64,000 nucleotides of DNA from Verrucomicrobiota bacterium (GTDB lineage Bacteria; Verrucomicrobiota; Verrucomicrobiia; Verrucomicrobiales; Akkermansiaceae). Shown one piece after another: positions 48,195 to 61,006 of this stretch; the stretch's first letter is position 1; each line of letters starts with the position of its first letter. The notes under the pieces are model-generated. The model was not told where the DNA came from. It did no database searches and worked only from the letters and a program-made list of their open reading frames with translations. Position numbers and translations under genes: made by a program. The stretch spans positions 19,753-83,752 of the forward strand of contig VHCM01000001.1 in assembly GCA_016871685.1 (NCBI GenBank), in the 5' to 3' direction.

Positions 48195-50354
48195 TCATTT
48201 CCCCGCGATCTGGGCGGACCAGTCGGCGGCGATGCGCAGGGCTTCGCGCAGTTGGATGTCGTATTCCGGCCAGTCTTCGCCTTCGATCGGCAGGCGGATG
48301 CGCGAGAAGCGGCGGGTGAACTTGATCCAATCGGCATCGGCCTCCTTGTCTTTGGCGATCGCTGCGTCGAGTTTGATCTCGCGATTCGGGTAATCTCGAG
48401 CGGCGAAGGATTCGAGCGAATTGCGTACCTCGTCGCGGAGCTTGTCGTCGAGGAGGCGCTCCTGCACGCGTTCGCCGAGCGACACCGGCTCCTCCTTGCG
48501 CTGCATGCGGGCAGAGGTCCAGTCGAGCACGGTGCGGTGCACGGCAAATTCGGGTGACGACTTTTGCCGTTGCGCGGTGGCCTTGGCTAGTTGGTCGACC
48601 AGGGCAGTGGTGACCGGCGCCTTGGGCGACGCGCCGAAGTCCGCCTTGGTGAGCACCGGATCGACCTCGTCCCAGGGCATCGGGCGCTCGAGATCGGATT
48701 CCGCCACGGGCATGACGGAAAACACCGAGGGCAGCAGGATGTCGGAGGGCACACCCTTGAGCTGGATCGACGATCCGCTGGGGGCATACCACTTCTGGAT
48801 GGTGAATTTTACCGTCGCCTTGAGCTGCGGGTTCACCCGGCTCAGCTCCATGAGGTTCTGCACCGTGCCTTTGCCGTGGGTGGTGACGTCACCCACGATG
48901 AGCGCGCGGCGGTGGTCGCGCAGCGCACCCGCAACGATTTCGGAGGCAGAGGCGGACGCTTTGGATGTGAGCACAACCAGCGGGCCGTCCCAGGCGACCT
49001 TCGGGTCATCGTCGGGGAGCGTGCTGCGATGATCGGCTCCGTCGCGCACCTGCATCACCGGCCCTTTCGGAATGAACAATCCGGCGATGCCGACCGCTTC
49101 ACCGAGCACTCCGCCGCCGTTGCGTCGGAGATCGAGCACCAGCGAATCCATGCCGAGGGCGCGGAGTTTGCCGATGAGCTCCTCGACGTGCTTGGTGGGG
49201 CCGCCGTTGACTTCATCCGCCATGTAGAATGCCGGCAGGTCGATCAGGCCGATGGTGTGGGTGCTGTCGCCCGAGGGAACTTCAAAGCAGCGGGCCGAGG
49301 CGAGTTGGCCGAGGATCTTCAGTTCGTCGCGCACGAGCCGCAGGTCTTTGCGGGGTCCGCCGGCACCGGGCTCGAGGATGAGGCGCACGGGCGTGTCCTT
49401 CACACCGCGCAGTTTGCGGGTCACCTTGTTGAGCCGCATGCCGACGACGTCCTCCGGCTCCGCTTCGGCATCAATACTCACGGCGATAATGCGGTCGCCT
49501 GGTTTCGCACGACCGTCGAGCGCGAGCGGTCCACCGGGCATGATCTCCTTGATGACGCAATAGCCGTCCTCGTCCTGCAGCGACGCGCCGATACCGCAGA
49601 GCTTGTTCTTCATCTGGATTTCGAACTCCTCGAGTGACTGTCGGCTCATGAAGTTCGAATGCGGATCGTACTGGCGGGTGAGCGCGTTGAGGAACATCTC
49701 CTGCAACTCATGCCGTTCATAGCTCAGCAACTCGACCAGCCTGCCGTAGCGTTTGCGCAACGTCTCCTTGGCTTCGGCGAGGCGCTCCGGAGTGACCTCC
49801 GGGGATGCGGCCTCTTTTGCGGCCGCTCCCTTCTCCTCTGACCCGTCCTTGCCGAGCAGTTCGCCGAGCAAGTCGAGCTGCACGCGTTTTCGCCAGAGTT
49901 CGTCGGATTCGGCCGGATCGGCGGGCCACGATGCCTTGCGACGATCCGTGGGAAACACCCCGCCGCGGTTGAGGTCGAGCAGCGGATCCATCAGCACGCC
50001 GAGTGCGAATTCCGAGCATGCCTTCACCTTGGCGGTGAACCCGTTGTAGATCTGCAGCGCCGGCGTGAGATTGCCTTGGCGATAGGCTGCTTCGAGAGTC
50101 GGCACGAAGTGCGACTTCACGTAATCGATTTCTGGCTGGGTGAAGTACAGCTTCGCCGGGTCGAGGCTCTTGCAGAACTCGAGCGCGACCTCGTTGAAAT
50201 CCACCTTGCCCACCGGCATCCGGCTGTAGTGATTCTGCTCGATGAGCGCGGTGGTCAGCCCGGTTTCGTAAACGACAGCCGGGATGGTGGTGGTGCCGGA
50301 CTCCTGGGCAACGAGCGGGCCGACGGCGAGGAGCGGGAATAGAATGGAACGCAT
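48195..50354 (-). CDS. prc: Carboxy-terminal processing protease (Prc/Tsp, S41A)
   Basis: YDPHS, PDZ region, LDLRRNGGG, SASASEI, THGKGTVQ; start at ATG 50354. Confidence 0.92.
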   Translation of the reverse strand: MRSILFPLLAVGPLVAQESGTTTIPAVVYETGLTTALIEQNHYSRMPVGKVDFNEVALEFCKSLDPAKLYFTQPEIDYVKSHFVPTLEAAYRQGNLTPALQIYNGFTAKVKACSEFALGVLMDPLLDLNRGGVFPTDRRKASWPADPAESDELWRKRVQLDLLGELLGKDGSEEKGAAAKEAASPEVTPERLAEAKETLRKRYGRLVELLSYERHELQEMFLNALTRQYDPHSNFMSRQSLEEFEIQMKNKLCGIGASLQDEDGYCVIKEIMPGGPLALDGRAKPGDRIIAVSIDAEAEPEDVVGMRLNKVTRKLRGVKDTPVRLILEPGAGGPRKDLRLVRDELKILGQLASARCFEVPSGDSTHTIGLIDLPAFYMADEVNGGPTKHVEELIGKLRALGMDSLVLDLRRNGGGVLGEAVGIAGLFIPKGPVMQVRDGADHRSTLPDDDPKVAWDGPLVVLTSKASASASEIVAGALRDHRRALIVGDVTTHGKGTVQNLMELSRVNPQLKATVKFTIQKWYAPSGSSIQLKGVPSDILLPSVFSVMPVAESDLERPMPWDEVDPVLTKADFGASPKAPVTTALVDQLAKATAQRQKSSPEFAVHRTVLDWTSARMQRKEEPVSLGERVQERLLDDKLRDEVRNSLESFAARDYPNREIKLDAAIAKDKEADADWIKFTRRFSRIRLPIEGEDWPEYDIQLREALRIAADWSAQIAGK

Positions 50355-50425
50355 GGTGGTGGAGCGGGGCGAAGGGACGGATTTGTCCCGGGGACTTGCA
50401 AATGAATGAAATCCCGAGGCGGCAA

Positions 50426-50533
50426 TCAGAACAAACCGAGCATGACGGCGACCTTCGAAAGCACCCAGAAGAAGGTGGCGACGAGGGCAACGAGGAAGAT
50501 TCGGATCCAGAATTCGATGGAAACGCGGGTCAT
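50426..50533 (-). CDS. Possible 35-aa single-TM peptide
   Basis: MTRVSIEFWIRIFLVALVATFFWVLSKVAVMLGLF in the prc-menD intergenic gap. Confidence 0.35.
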   Translation of the reverse strand: MTRVSIEFWIRIFLVALVATFFWVLSKVAVMLGLF

Positions 50534-50637
50534 GCCCGGTGACGGTAGCGCCCCCACCCGCCTGCGCCAAGGGAAATGCGGGGCGTGCGGCAAGCCGGGC
50601 AGTGGACATCGGTGGGCTGATCCCGTATCCATCGGGC

Positions 50638-52212
50638 GTGGACTCGTGGTCGTTGGCGATCGATGCGGTGGAGCGCTGCCTGCGGGCGGGGATCCGCGAA
50701 TTCGTGATCTGCGGCGGCGCGCGCAACGCGGCGCTCATCGAGGCGCTGGCAAGGGCAGAAGCCGCCGGACACGCGCGATTGTGGAGGCATTTCGAGGAGC
50801 GCGGGGCCGGGTTCTTCGCGCTCGGGCGAACTCTGGCCACCGGACTGCCATGCGCGGTTGCGACAACCAGCGGCACCGCCGCGGCCGAGTTGCTGCCCGC
50901 GATGATCGAGGCGCGCTACCAGTCACGGCCGCTGGTCGCGCTCACCGCCGATCGGCCCGCGACGCATCGCGGACGCGGCACGCCGCAGGCGATCGACCAG
51001 CTTCATCTGTTCGGTGGCTGCGCATTCGATGGCGGACTGGACGCATGGGACGGGCTCGGACCACTGCATTGGAACCTCGGGTTCGAGGAAACCTTTGAAA
51101 CTGGAAACGAATTTTTCCAAGACCTGCGGCCCGGTGTGTTTGATGCCGGATGGGGTGCGCCGGATGTGGCCGCGCTCGCGCGCTGGTTGCGTGGCGGTCC
51201 TGCCGAAGGGATTGCCGTGATGCTCGGCGGGCTCGAGCCGTCCGAACGCGAAGAAGTCTTTCATTTTTGCCGGGAACTTGGCGCGCCGGTGGCGGCCGAG
51301 GCAACCAGCGGATTGCGTGAAGCCCTGCAGGGGTTGGTGTTGCACGATGCCGACCGCGTGCTGCGCGCCCATGCACCGCGCAAGATCCTGCGCCTCGGCG
51401 ACGTGCCGAGCGGCAGGTTCTGGAGGGATCTGGAAACCATGACCGGGACCGAGGTGTGGTCGGTCTGCCGCAACGGACTGCCCGGCCTCGCGCGCGAAGC
51501 CAAGGTGACCCGCGGTCCGGCCGACCGCGTGATCCGCGCGCTCGGCGCGATCGATCCCGCGGGCGACGCGCTCGACCTGCTCGAGTCGAACGCCACGCGG
51601 GCGGACCGCATCACCGAACTGCTGGAGCGTCATCCCGACAGCGAGGCGTCGATGGTGCGGATGCTCTCGAACTACGCATCGCTGGGAAGCGGCGTCTTTC
51701 TCGGCAACAGCCTGCCGATCCGCGAATGGAACTTGTTTGCCCAATCGCGTCGGCCGGTGATGAACGTGCGCGCCAACCGCGGTGCCAACGGGATCGACGG
51801 ACAACTCGCGACCTGGCTCGGGTGGTCGGCCGACAGCGCCGCAAGCTGGGCGGTGGTCGGCGACCTCACCGCGCTCTACGACATCGCCTCGCCGCTGATG
51901 CTGCACCAGATCGTCGCCGAGGGCCGGGTCCTGGTGGTGATCCACAACCGCGGCGGCCGGATCTTCGATCGGCTGCCACGACTGCGCGGCATGAGCCCGC
52001 GTGCAATTGAATGCCTGACCCAGCCGCACGACGCCGATCTGTCGGTGCTTGCGCGGTTCTGGGGGATGGATCATCTGCGGGTGGCCACGGCCGACGAGTT
52101 CGACCGCTTCGATCCGGCAGCCGCGGGAGCGGTGCTGCTCGAACTGGCACCCGACGCCGATCAAACCGCGGCGTTTTGGTCGGATTGGGACCGGATGGAT
52201 GACGGTGCCTGA
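50638..52212 (+). CDS. menD: SEPHCHC synthase (menaquinone biosynthesis)
   Basis: ICGGARNA, FEERGAGFFALG, TSGTAAAE, TADRP, NRGANGIDG, GDL...HNRGG. Start approximate (GTG 50638). Confidence 0.9.
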   Translation: MDSWSLAIDAVERCLRAGIREFVICGGARNAALIEALARAEAAGHARLWRHFEERGAGFFALGRTLATGLPCAVATTSGTAAAELLPAMIEARYQSRPLVALTADRPATHRGRGTPQAIDQLHLFGGCAFDGGLDAWDGLGPLHWNLGFEETFETGNEFFQDLRPGVFDAGWGAPDVAALARWLRGGPAEGIAVMLGGLEPSEREEVFHFCRELGAPVAAEATSGLREALQGLVLHDADRVLRAHAPRKILRLGDVPSGRFWRDLETMTGTEVWSVCRNGLPGLAREAKVTRGPADRVIRALGAIDPAGDALDLLESNATRADRITELLERHPDSEASMVRMLSNYASLGSGVFLGNSLPIREWNLFAQSRRPVMNVRANRGANGIDGQLATWLGWSADSAASWAVVGDLTALYDIASPLMLHQIVAEGRVLVVIHNRGGRIFDRLPRLRGMSPRAIECLTQPHDADLSVLARFWGMDHLRVATADEFDRFDPAAAGAVLLELAPDADQTAAFWSDWDRMDDGA

Positions 52213-52283
52213 CGCGGCAATCCGCCACCGCGCCGGGATTTTGCTTTTCCACGCGAGCGGCGGCGGGTTCCAATCCGCCTGCC

Positions 52284-53636
52284 ATGTGGAAAGGCCGCTT
52301 CACCCGCGACACCTCGTCGCTCGTCCAACAGTACGGCGAGTCGGTCTCGCACGACTGGCGACTCTACGCCCACGACATCGCCGGCTCGATCGCGCATGCG
52401 CGCGCGCAGCTGCATGCGGGCCTGCTCGATGCGGATGAATTCCGCAGCATCGAGAATGGGCTACAAGAAATCGGTCGCGACATCGCCGAAGGGCGCTTCG
52501 AGTTCAAAACCTCGCTCGAGGACATCCACATGAACATCGAGGCGGAACTCACGCGGCGGATCGGACCCGTCGGCGCGAAACTCCACGCCGCACGCTCGCG
52601 CAACGATCAGGTCGCCACCGACATGCGCCTGTACTGCCGCGAACAATGCGACAAGCTCGCCACTGCCGTCACCGGCCTACAGCGCGCGCTGGTCGATCGC
52701 GCCACCACCGCCGCCGACATTCCCGTTCCCGGCTACACCCATCTGCAGCGCGGTCAGCCGGTGACCGTCGGCCACCACCTGCTCGCCTATGTCGAAATGC
52801 TCGAACGCGACAAGTCGCGCCTCGCAGACTGCCGCACGCGCCTCAACCTCTCGCCGCTCGGGTCCGGCGCGCTCGCCGGATCGACCCTCGCGCTCGACCG
52901 CGAGGCCGTCGCGCGCGAACTCGGCTTCGACGGCGTGACGCACAACTCGATGGACGCGATCGCCGACCGCGACCACATTGCCGAACTCCTCTTCGCCATT
53001 ACCCTCTGTGGCGTGCACCTCTCGCGCCTGAGCGAGGATCTCGTCCTCTGGTGCACGTCCGAATTTGCCTTCGTCACCTTGTCCGACGAACACACGACCG
53101 GATCATCGCTGATGCCGCAAAAGAAAAATCCCGACGTCTGCGAACTGACACGCGGCAAAACCGGCCGACTCATTGGCAACCTGGTCAACCTGCTCGCCAA
53201 CCTCAAAGGGCTGCCCCTCACCTACAACCGCGACCTGCAGGAGGACAAGCCGCCGCTGTTCGACTCGGTCGACACCCTGTCGCTCGCGCTCGCGGTGAAC
53301 ACCGAGATGATCGCCGCCATGGAGATCCGCGCCGACCGCTGCCGCGCCGCCGCGTCCGATCCGATGCTGCTCGCCACCGATCTCGCCGACCACCTCGTGC
53401 GCACCGGCGTGCCGTTCCGTCATGCCCACGAACTCGTCGGCAAGGCGGTCGGCGAGGCGATCCGCACCGCCACACCGCTCGACCAGCTCGATTTCGCATC
53501 CGTCGATCCCGCGTTCGCCGATGTTCCGCGCGAGTTGTTCTCACTCGATCACGCACTGGCCGCGCGCACGACCACCGGATCGCCTTCGCCAGAACGGGTG
53601 AAAGCGGAAATCACCAGGTGGAACTCGCGACTCTGA
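52284..53636 (+). CDS. argH: Argininosuccinate lyase
   Basis: HAARSRNDQ, GYTHLQ, GSSLMPQKKNPD, YNRDLQEDK. Confidence 0.97.
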   Translation: MWKGRFTRDTSSLVQQYGESVSHDWRLYAHDIAGSIAHARAQLHAGLLDADEFRSIENGLQEIGRDIAEGRFEFKTSLEDIHMNIEAELTRRIGPVGAKLHAARSRNDQVATDMRLYCREQCDKLATAVTGLQRALVDRATTAADIPVPGYTHLQRGQPVTVGHHLLAYVEMLERDKSRLADCRTRLNLSPLGSGALAGSTLALDREAVARELGFDGVTHNSMDAIADRDHIAELLFAITLCGVHLSRLSEDLVLWCTSEFAFVTLSDEHTTGSSLMPQKKNPDVCELTRGKTGRLIGNLVNLLANLKGLPLTYNRDLQEDKPPLFDSVDTLSLALAVNTEMIAAMEIRADRCRAAASDPMLLATDLADHLVRTGVPFRHAHELVGKAVGEAIRTATPLDQLDFASVDPAFADVPRELFSLDHALAARTTTGSPSPERVKAEITRWNSRL

Positions 53637-53816
53637 CCGGCGCTGCGGCTGCGATTTCGTCGTTGCGCGCTGCTGCGGATGCGGCATCCTGCGGGTGCCG
53701 TCAGGGGCCGTGGAGGTCCGGCAGGCGAACCCCGCCAGGCCTTGATTGGAGCAACGGTAGTTTGTCCGGGCTTGCCGCGGATTCCCTGGCGGCGCTTTTT
53801 TTCCGCGCGTCCACCT

Positions 53817-55763
53817 TTACGGCTGCGGTGCCACGATTTCCCACACCTTCATGCCCGAGGCAGGCACGGGCAACAGCAACGGGGCATCGGCAGCCACCGG
53901 TGCGACGGAGTCATTCGGTGACGCACCGATTTCGAACACCGGCCGCAGCAGACGACCGGCGGGTTTCAATGTTGCGGGGAGTCGCATCGACAGGCCGCCG
54001 GCACCCGTGACGCGCGGTTGAGCGGAAGCATTGAATGCGACGACCACCACGGATCGCGCGTCCTGGTCGGCCCTGGCAAACGCAAACACGCCATCATCCT
54101 CAACCCCGGCGCCGCCGTCGGACCACAACGGCACAAACCCGCCGCCACGCAGCACGGGAAACCGCGCGCGCAACGCGGTGAGCCGCGCGATGCCCGTGAA
54201 CGATTCGGTGCGCCGCACGTTGCGCGCCACCGGCCCGCCAGTGCGACGATAGAACATCATGCGGCCGGTTTCGCTGTCCGGACCGATGCGCCCGTCCTCA
54301 TCCGCCAGCCCGGCCTCGGTGCCGTAGTAGAGGCACGGGATGCCGGGCATCGTCAGTACCAACGCCTGGGCAAGCAGGTTGCGCCGCTCGGTGATGCCCG
54401 CGACGCGGAAGCGGTTGATCCCGTCGTGATTCTCGATGAAGGTGATCATCTTCTGCACCGCGTTGAGTCCGTCGGGTCCCGGATTCGGATTGTAGAACGG
54501 CCTTCCCGCCGCATCCCCCGTCTTGCGATTGCCGAGCGCGCGCTCGAGCTGCGCGGAGCTGCCGAACTGATCGCCGCTGTGGCGCAGGTAATCCCGCGCC
54601 GCGAAACAGAAATTGAAATCGAGCACCGAGTCGAGCGACGGGCCGGGATTCGAGTTCCAATCCTCGCGCCAAGTGTAGCGGCCGAGCACCGCGGGATCGC
54701 CGTCGTACACCTCGCCGAACAGGAGTTTTTCCGCGGCCGCAGCACCGAGCCGATGTCGCAGCCTGCCGGTGAAAGCGTCCCAAAACCCGTGGTGCACATG
54801 CTTCACCGTGTCGACCCGCAGGCCGTCCACGCCGACCTCCTCCAGATAAAAACGGAAGATTTCGACGAACTCATCGACGAGTTCGCGGAAGTGCGGGCTG
54901 TCCGGGGCGGTGTCGAGGTCGCGCAGCGAGAAGAAATCACAAAGCATTTCCTCGCCGTCGCGCTTGCCGAGGCTGTCCCATGAGAACCCCTTGCGCGTGT
55001 ACACATCGAGCCGCGACAACGTGCCCTTGAGTGGGACGCGCCGACCGAGCAACTCGATCGGCCCGGCGGGCATGGTCCGCGCCGCATTCCATTCCGGCAC
55101 GTCGGTCCACACCACGTCCTCATACCGGCCCTCCCGGCGGAACGGACGCACCCATTCCTTCTCCTCCTGCACATCGAAGACGCCATCGCCGTCCGCATCG
55201 TAGAAGAAGACCGGTCCGGCGTGGTTGAGAACCACATCCTGGATGATGCGGACGCCCTTCGACCGGGCGAGCTTCACGAAGTCGCGGTAATGCGACATCC
55301 GGCCATCGGCGTCATCGGTGTAAGGCCTGCCGTCCAGCGCCGTGCGACTGGCGAGGTGCGGGTCGATGTCGAGCCAGTCCTGCGTCCAGTACCCGTGGTA
55401 GCCCGACTTCCAACCGCCGAGGTCGTAGCCCGAGCGCCAGACGTTGCGCACCACCGGGGTGAGCCACAGCGCGGTGACCCCGAGATCGTTGAAATACCCG
55501 GATTCCAAGGCTTTTTCGAGGCCCCGCAGATCACCGCCGAAGTATCGGCGGATGTCGCGCTGCTCGGGATCATGAAGCGCCGGATCGCTGCCGGCCGGAC
55601 GGTTGTTCTCGGAATCGGCATCGTGAAACCGATCGGTCATCACAAAGTAGATCACCTCGTCGGACCACGGGCGAGCGACGGCCGACGCGACGGTCGCGAG
55701 GAGCAAGAGGAGGCATCGAAGGGCATTCACGGAGGTGGGCCTGCGGCGTTGGACTGATGCCAT
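53817..55763 (-). CDS. Exported GH13 alpha-amylase family protein
   Basis: IYFVMTDRF, DVVLNH, GLRVDTVKH, GEVYD, ENHD, PCLYYG. Start 55763 or GTG 55730. Confidence 0.9.
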   Translation of the reverse strand: MASVQRRRPTSVNALRCLLLLLATVASAVARPWSDEVIYFVMTDRFHDADSENNRPAGSDPALHDPEQRDIRRYFGGDLRGLEKALESGYFNDLGVTALWLTPVVRNVWRSGYDLGGWKSGYHGYWTQDWLDIDPHLASRTALDGRPYTDDADGRMSHYRDFVKLARSKGVRIIQDVVLNHAGPVFFYDADGDGVFDVQEEKEWVRPFRREGRYEDVVWTDVPEWNAARTMPAGPIELLGRRVPLKGTLSRLDVYTRKGFSWDSLGKRDGEEMLCDFFSLRDLDTAPDSPHFRELVDEFVEIFRFYLEEVGVDGLRVDTVKHVHHGFWDAFTGRLRHRLGAAAAEKLLFGEVYDGDPAVLGRYTWREDWNSNPGPSLDSVLDFNFCFAARDYLRHSGDQFGSSAQLERALGNRKTGDAAGRPFYNPNPGPDGLNAVQKMITFIENHDGINRFRVAGITERRNLLAQALVLTMPGIPCLYYGTEAGLADEDGRIGPDSETGRMMFYRRTGGPVARNVRRTESFTGIARLTALRARFPVLRGGGFVPLWSDGGAGVEDDGVFAFARADQDARSVVVVAFNASAQPRVTGAGGLSMRLPATLKPAGRLLRPVFEIGASPNDSVAPVAADAPLLLPVPASGMKVWEIVAPQP

Positions 55764-55857
55764 CCAAGGTCGCGGGTGGCGAGACGAATCGGAAAATTTC
55801 CCCGTGTTTTTCAGCATGGAGTCTTGACATCGGCCACCCATTTCTTGAACTCCCCGC

Positions 55858-56187
55858 ATGGCCAAGAAACTTGCCCCCATCAAAGAGAAATCCTCCAAGA
55901 GCCAAATCCTGGAGATCATCGCGAACCAAACCGGACTGAGCCGCAAGCAATGCGGTGCGGTCGTCGACAGCCTCACCGAAGTGATCGAAGCCCACGTCCG
56001 CAAGAACGCGGTGGGTCAGTTCGTGCTTCCCGGCATGCTCAAGATCACCACCGTGCGCAAGCCGGCGGTCAAGGCACGCAAGGGCATCAACCCCTTCACC
56101 GGGGAAGAAACGACCTTCAAGGCGAAGCCGGCGACGACGGTCGTCAAGGTCCGCGCGCTCAAGAAACTCAAGGACATGGTGAACTGA
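55858..56187 (+). CDS. HU family DNA-binding protein
   Basis: SKSQILEIIANQTGLSRKQ, ARKGINPFTGE. Confidence 0.92.
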   Translation: MAKKLAPIKEKSSKSQILEIIANQTGLSRKQCGAVVDSLTEVIEAHVRKNAVGQFVLPGMLKITTVRKPAVKARKGINPFTGEETTFKAKPATTVVKVRALKKLKDMVN

Positions 56188-56234
56188 GGGGTTTCTCCGC
56201 GGCATGCGCCGCGGATGGATTCACAGCGCACTCC

Positions 56235-56277
56235 AAACAAAAAGCCTTTCCGCTCCACGCGGAAAGGCTTTTTGTTT
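56235..56277. terminator. Bidirectional rho-independent terminator
   Basis: 19-bp perfect stem with A and T tails between the convergent HU and engB genes. Confidence 0.88.
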
Positions 56278-56306
56278 TGGAAGGGATGCACGAAGCATCG
56301 TCGGCA

Positions 56307-56903
56307 CTATGCTGATTCCAACGCGCGGCCGACGTGCGCAAGCAACGCATCCCTGCCGCCGCGCTTCGCCGCCGAGCAGGCGAGACATTCGGGAATCCCG
56401 CCCAACATCGGATGCACCGCTTCCTGGAACAGCGCGATCGAGGCACCCGTCTTCGCCGGTGATTGTTTGTCGGCCTTGGTGAACACAAAGCTGAACGCGG
56501 CACCGGTCGTCGCGAGCCACGCGCTGAAGTCGAGGTCGATGCGTTGCGGCGGCAGGCGCGAATCGATGAGCACAAGCACGTGCCGCAAGTTGTCGCGACG
56601 CTCCAGATAGTCGCCGACGAGTTCGTTGAAGAGCGATTTCTCGGCACGCGACGCTTTGGCGTATCCATAACCCGGAAGATCGGCGAGAACCCATGCGTCA
56701 TCGACGAGAAAAAAATTCAGTTCGCGCGTCTTGCCGGGCGTGGCGGAAACCTTGGCGAGCCCGCGCTGGTTGAGCAGGAAGTTGACCAGCGACGACTTGC
56801 CGACGTTCGACCTGCCGATGAGCGCGATCTCGGGATACGGCCAAGCCGGACACTCGCGCAACGAACGCGCGCCGCCTGCGAACCTCGCCGAACGGATCTT
56901 CAT
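56307..56903 (-). CDS. engB: Ribosome biogenesis GTPase YihA/YsxC
   Basis: GRSNVGKSS, PGKT, DLPGYGY, TKAD. Confidence 0.95.
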   Translation of the reverse strand: MKIRSARFAGGARSLRECPAWPYPEIALIGRSNVGKSSLVNFLLNQRGLAKVSATPGKTRELNFFLVDDAWVLADLPGYGYAKASRAEKSLFNELVGDYLERRDNLRHVLVLIDSRLPPQRIDLDFSAWLATTGAAFSFVFTKADKQSPAKTGASIALFQEAVHPMLGGIPECLACSAAKRGGRDALLAHVGRALESA

Positions 56904-56967
56904 GACGGAAAGCATCGGCGGCGACCCGCACCGCGGCAACCACCGAGTCCGCGAATCATCCGCATCG

Positions 56968-57945
56968 TCATGCGGCACGACGCGGATCACGGAAGCGCCG
57001 CAGCCAAGGCACGCAGACCAGCGCCGTGAGCGCCAACACGAGCATCGGCAGGATGCCGGACCGCAGCGTGTCGCCGACCCACCACAGCCGCAGCGGATGA
57101 CCCGGCACCGCCTCGCACAGCAGTCCGCAGAGTTTGAACCCGAAGATCCATCCGGCGTGCAGGCCCACCGCCATCCACAGCGCTCCGGTCCGCCATCTCG
57201 ACCAGGCGAGAATGAGGCCCACAACGACGAGCGTCGCGAAGTCGGTGATGAAAAAGCGTGGGTCACCGAGGTGGCCGAGCATCGCGCCGAGCAACTGGAA
57301 GCCCGCCAGCGGATCGGCCTCGTTGGCGAACACCGTGCCGGGAGGAGGATCGAGGAAATGCAGCAATGAGAACATCAACGCGGACCCGAGAAAGGCGGCA
57401 GCGGGTCGGACCAAGCGCAGCCACAGACCGAGCAGCAGTCCGCGGAACAACCATTCTTCGACGAATGCCGCGCCGATGGCGGGCACCACTGCTTTGGAAA
57501 AGATCCGTCCGAGGTCCGGCATCGACGACCGCCACTCGAGTGCGCCAGCCCACACCAGGGCGAGGGACAAGGCCCAGAGCCATCCCGCCGACCAGACCAG
57601 GCCCGTTGCCAGTTGGGCCGATGCTTCACGCCAGGGGATGCGACGCAGGTGGAACGCATCGTCCGTGCCATCCTCCGCGCGGATGCGGCGGATCCTCCGC
57701 ATCAGCAAGGGAAGCAGCACCAACGCCGAGGCCAGCAGGCAGCGGTCGAAGTAGCGGTCGAGCTTGGCGCGACGGCACGAGCCGGCCAGGGACTCGACCA
57801 GTGCGGGCCAGTCGCGCGTCTCGGCCATCGCCGCAAGCCATTTTCCTCCTTGGTAAGCCCACGGTGCCAACGCCGCCGCCAATGCCAGCGATGCGGTCAC
57901 CCAGAGTACCGCCGCGCCCAACTCCGATCGGAAAAACCATCGCAC
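56968..57945 (-). CDS. CPBP (Abi/CAAX) intramembrane metalloprotease
   Basis: EEWLFRG, FSLLHF, HAGW. Confidence 0.88.
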   Translation of the reverse strand: MRWFFRSELGAAVLWVTASLALAAALAPWAYQGGKWLAAMAETRDWPALVESLAGSCRRAKLDRYFDRCLLASALVLLPLLMRRIRRIRAEDGTDDAFHLRRIPWREASAQLATGLVWSAGWLWALSLALVWAGALEWRSSMPDLGRIFSKAVVPAIGAAFVEEWLFRGLLLGLWLRLVRPAAAFLGSALMFSLLHFLDPPPGTVFANEADPLAGFQLLGAMLGHLGDPRFFITDFATLVVVGLILAWSRWRTGALWMAVGLHAGWIFGFKLCGLLCEAVPGHPLRLWWVGDTLRSGILPMLVLALTALVCVPWLRRFRDPRRAA

Positions 57946-58015
57946 GCCGGATGGTTAGCAACCGTGCGCCTCGGATGTCGAGCCCGCGCTGTCCGCGCAC
58001 ACCCGATCCGGCGGA

Positions 58016-59815
<1,800 letters not shown>

Positions 59816-60027
59816 GCGGACGAAGCGGAAGCGGCGGCGCGGGAACAAAGCAGGAAACCGGCGGGCTGGCACGTCAAATTCCGATCGCAGTGGACGATCG
59901 GCCGGACCCCACGCCGCACCGGAGGTGGCCCGGCCGACCTGAAATCGGCGGATTTTTCGCAATCCGACGTTTCCCCCGCGGCTTTCATGATTTAAAGACG
60001 CCTGTGAATTCGACGTCCGTACCCCGA

Positions 60028-60861
60028 ATGCCGCAGCCCAACGGCACGCTGCCGATCACCGAACAGGAAATCCGTGAACAAGAGCTGTTCGAGTTGGAGA
60101 GCGCCGACCGCTCGCTCCTCTCCGGCCCGAAATCGCGCCTGCATGACCTGATCACCCTCTTCCGCGTGGGCAAGGACCTGCTCAAGGCCTTCCGCGCGCT
60201 GCATTTCGCCGGACCCTGCGTGACGATCTTCGGCTCCGCGCGGATCCGGCCGGGCACGGAACACTACGAACTGGCGCGACGGATGGGCGCGGCCTGCGCG
60301 CGGTTGGGATTCACCGTGATGACCGGTGGCGGTCCCGGCATCATGCAGGCCGGCAATCAAGGGGCGTTCGAAATCGGCGGGCGCTCTCTCGGTGGGAACA
60401 GCGAGCTGCCCTTCGAGCAGCAGCTCAACCCGCACGTGCAACGCTCGGTGACGATGCGCTACTTCTTCACGCGCAAAGTCGTGCTGGTGAAGTACTCGTA
60501 CGCGTTCATCGTGATGCCCGGCGGCGCAGGCACTCTCGATGAGATGTTCGAGACGATGACGCTCATCCAGACCGGCAAGCTCAAGGGCTTCCCGATCATC
60601 CTGATGGGCAAGGATTACTGGCGCCCGCTCATGGATTTCGTCTACCGCATGGCCGAGGAAGGCATGATTAGCCCGGACGACCCCGAACTGATCTTCTTCA
60701 CCGACGACGTCGACGACGCTGTCGCGCACTTGCAGCGGCATGCCGTGCGCCAGTTCGGCCTGCGCCGCAAGAAACTACCCAGACCCCTGCGCGTCCTCGG
60801 TGAAAAGCCGATTGGTGCCGGTCTCCGTAACACCACATCCGACCTGATGCAGCGGCCATGA
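60028..60861 (+). CDS. LOG family (TIGR00730-type) nucleotide-binding protein
   Basis: IFGSAR, TGGGPGIM, RKVVLV, PGGAGTLDE. Confidence 0.92.
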   Translation: MPQPNGTLPITEQEIREQELFELESADRSLLSGPKSRLHDLITLFRVGKDLLKAFRALHFAGPCVTIFGSARIRPGTEHYELARRMGAACARLGFTVMTGGGPGIMQAGNQGAFEIGGRSLGGNSELPFEQQLNPHVQRSVTMRYFFTRKVVLVKYSYAFIVMPGGAGTLDEMFETMTLIQTGKLKGFPIILMGKDYWRPLMDFVYRMAEEGMISPDDPELIFFTDDVDDAVAHLQRHAVRQFGLRRKKLPRPLRVLGEKPIGAGLRNTTSDLMQRP

Positions 60862-61006
60862 GCGGAGCAAGTGACGGGGGTGATCCTTCGCATGGCAAGC
60901 GCATGGCGCAGACAAGGATGCCTTCGTTCCCTGACAAGCCGGACGCCTGTCCTCCGGTGTTCGACTGTTTCTTTCTCTTTGCCATCCCGCGCCCCTCATT
61001 TCCGCC

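Noticed and set aside
50638-52212. menD without other men genes
   Set aside because: Dispersed men genes are common; the rest may lie outside the window.
53817-55763. Link between this GH13 and the S8-GH13 fusion
   Set aside because: 34 kb apart, no shared context and no obvious close similarity.
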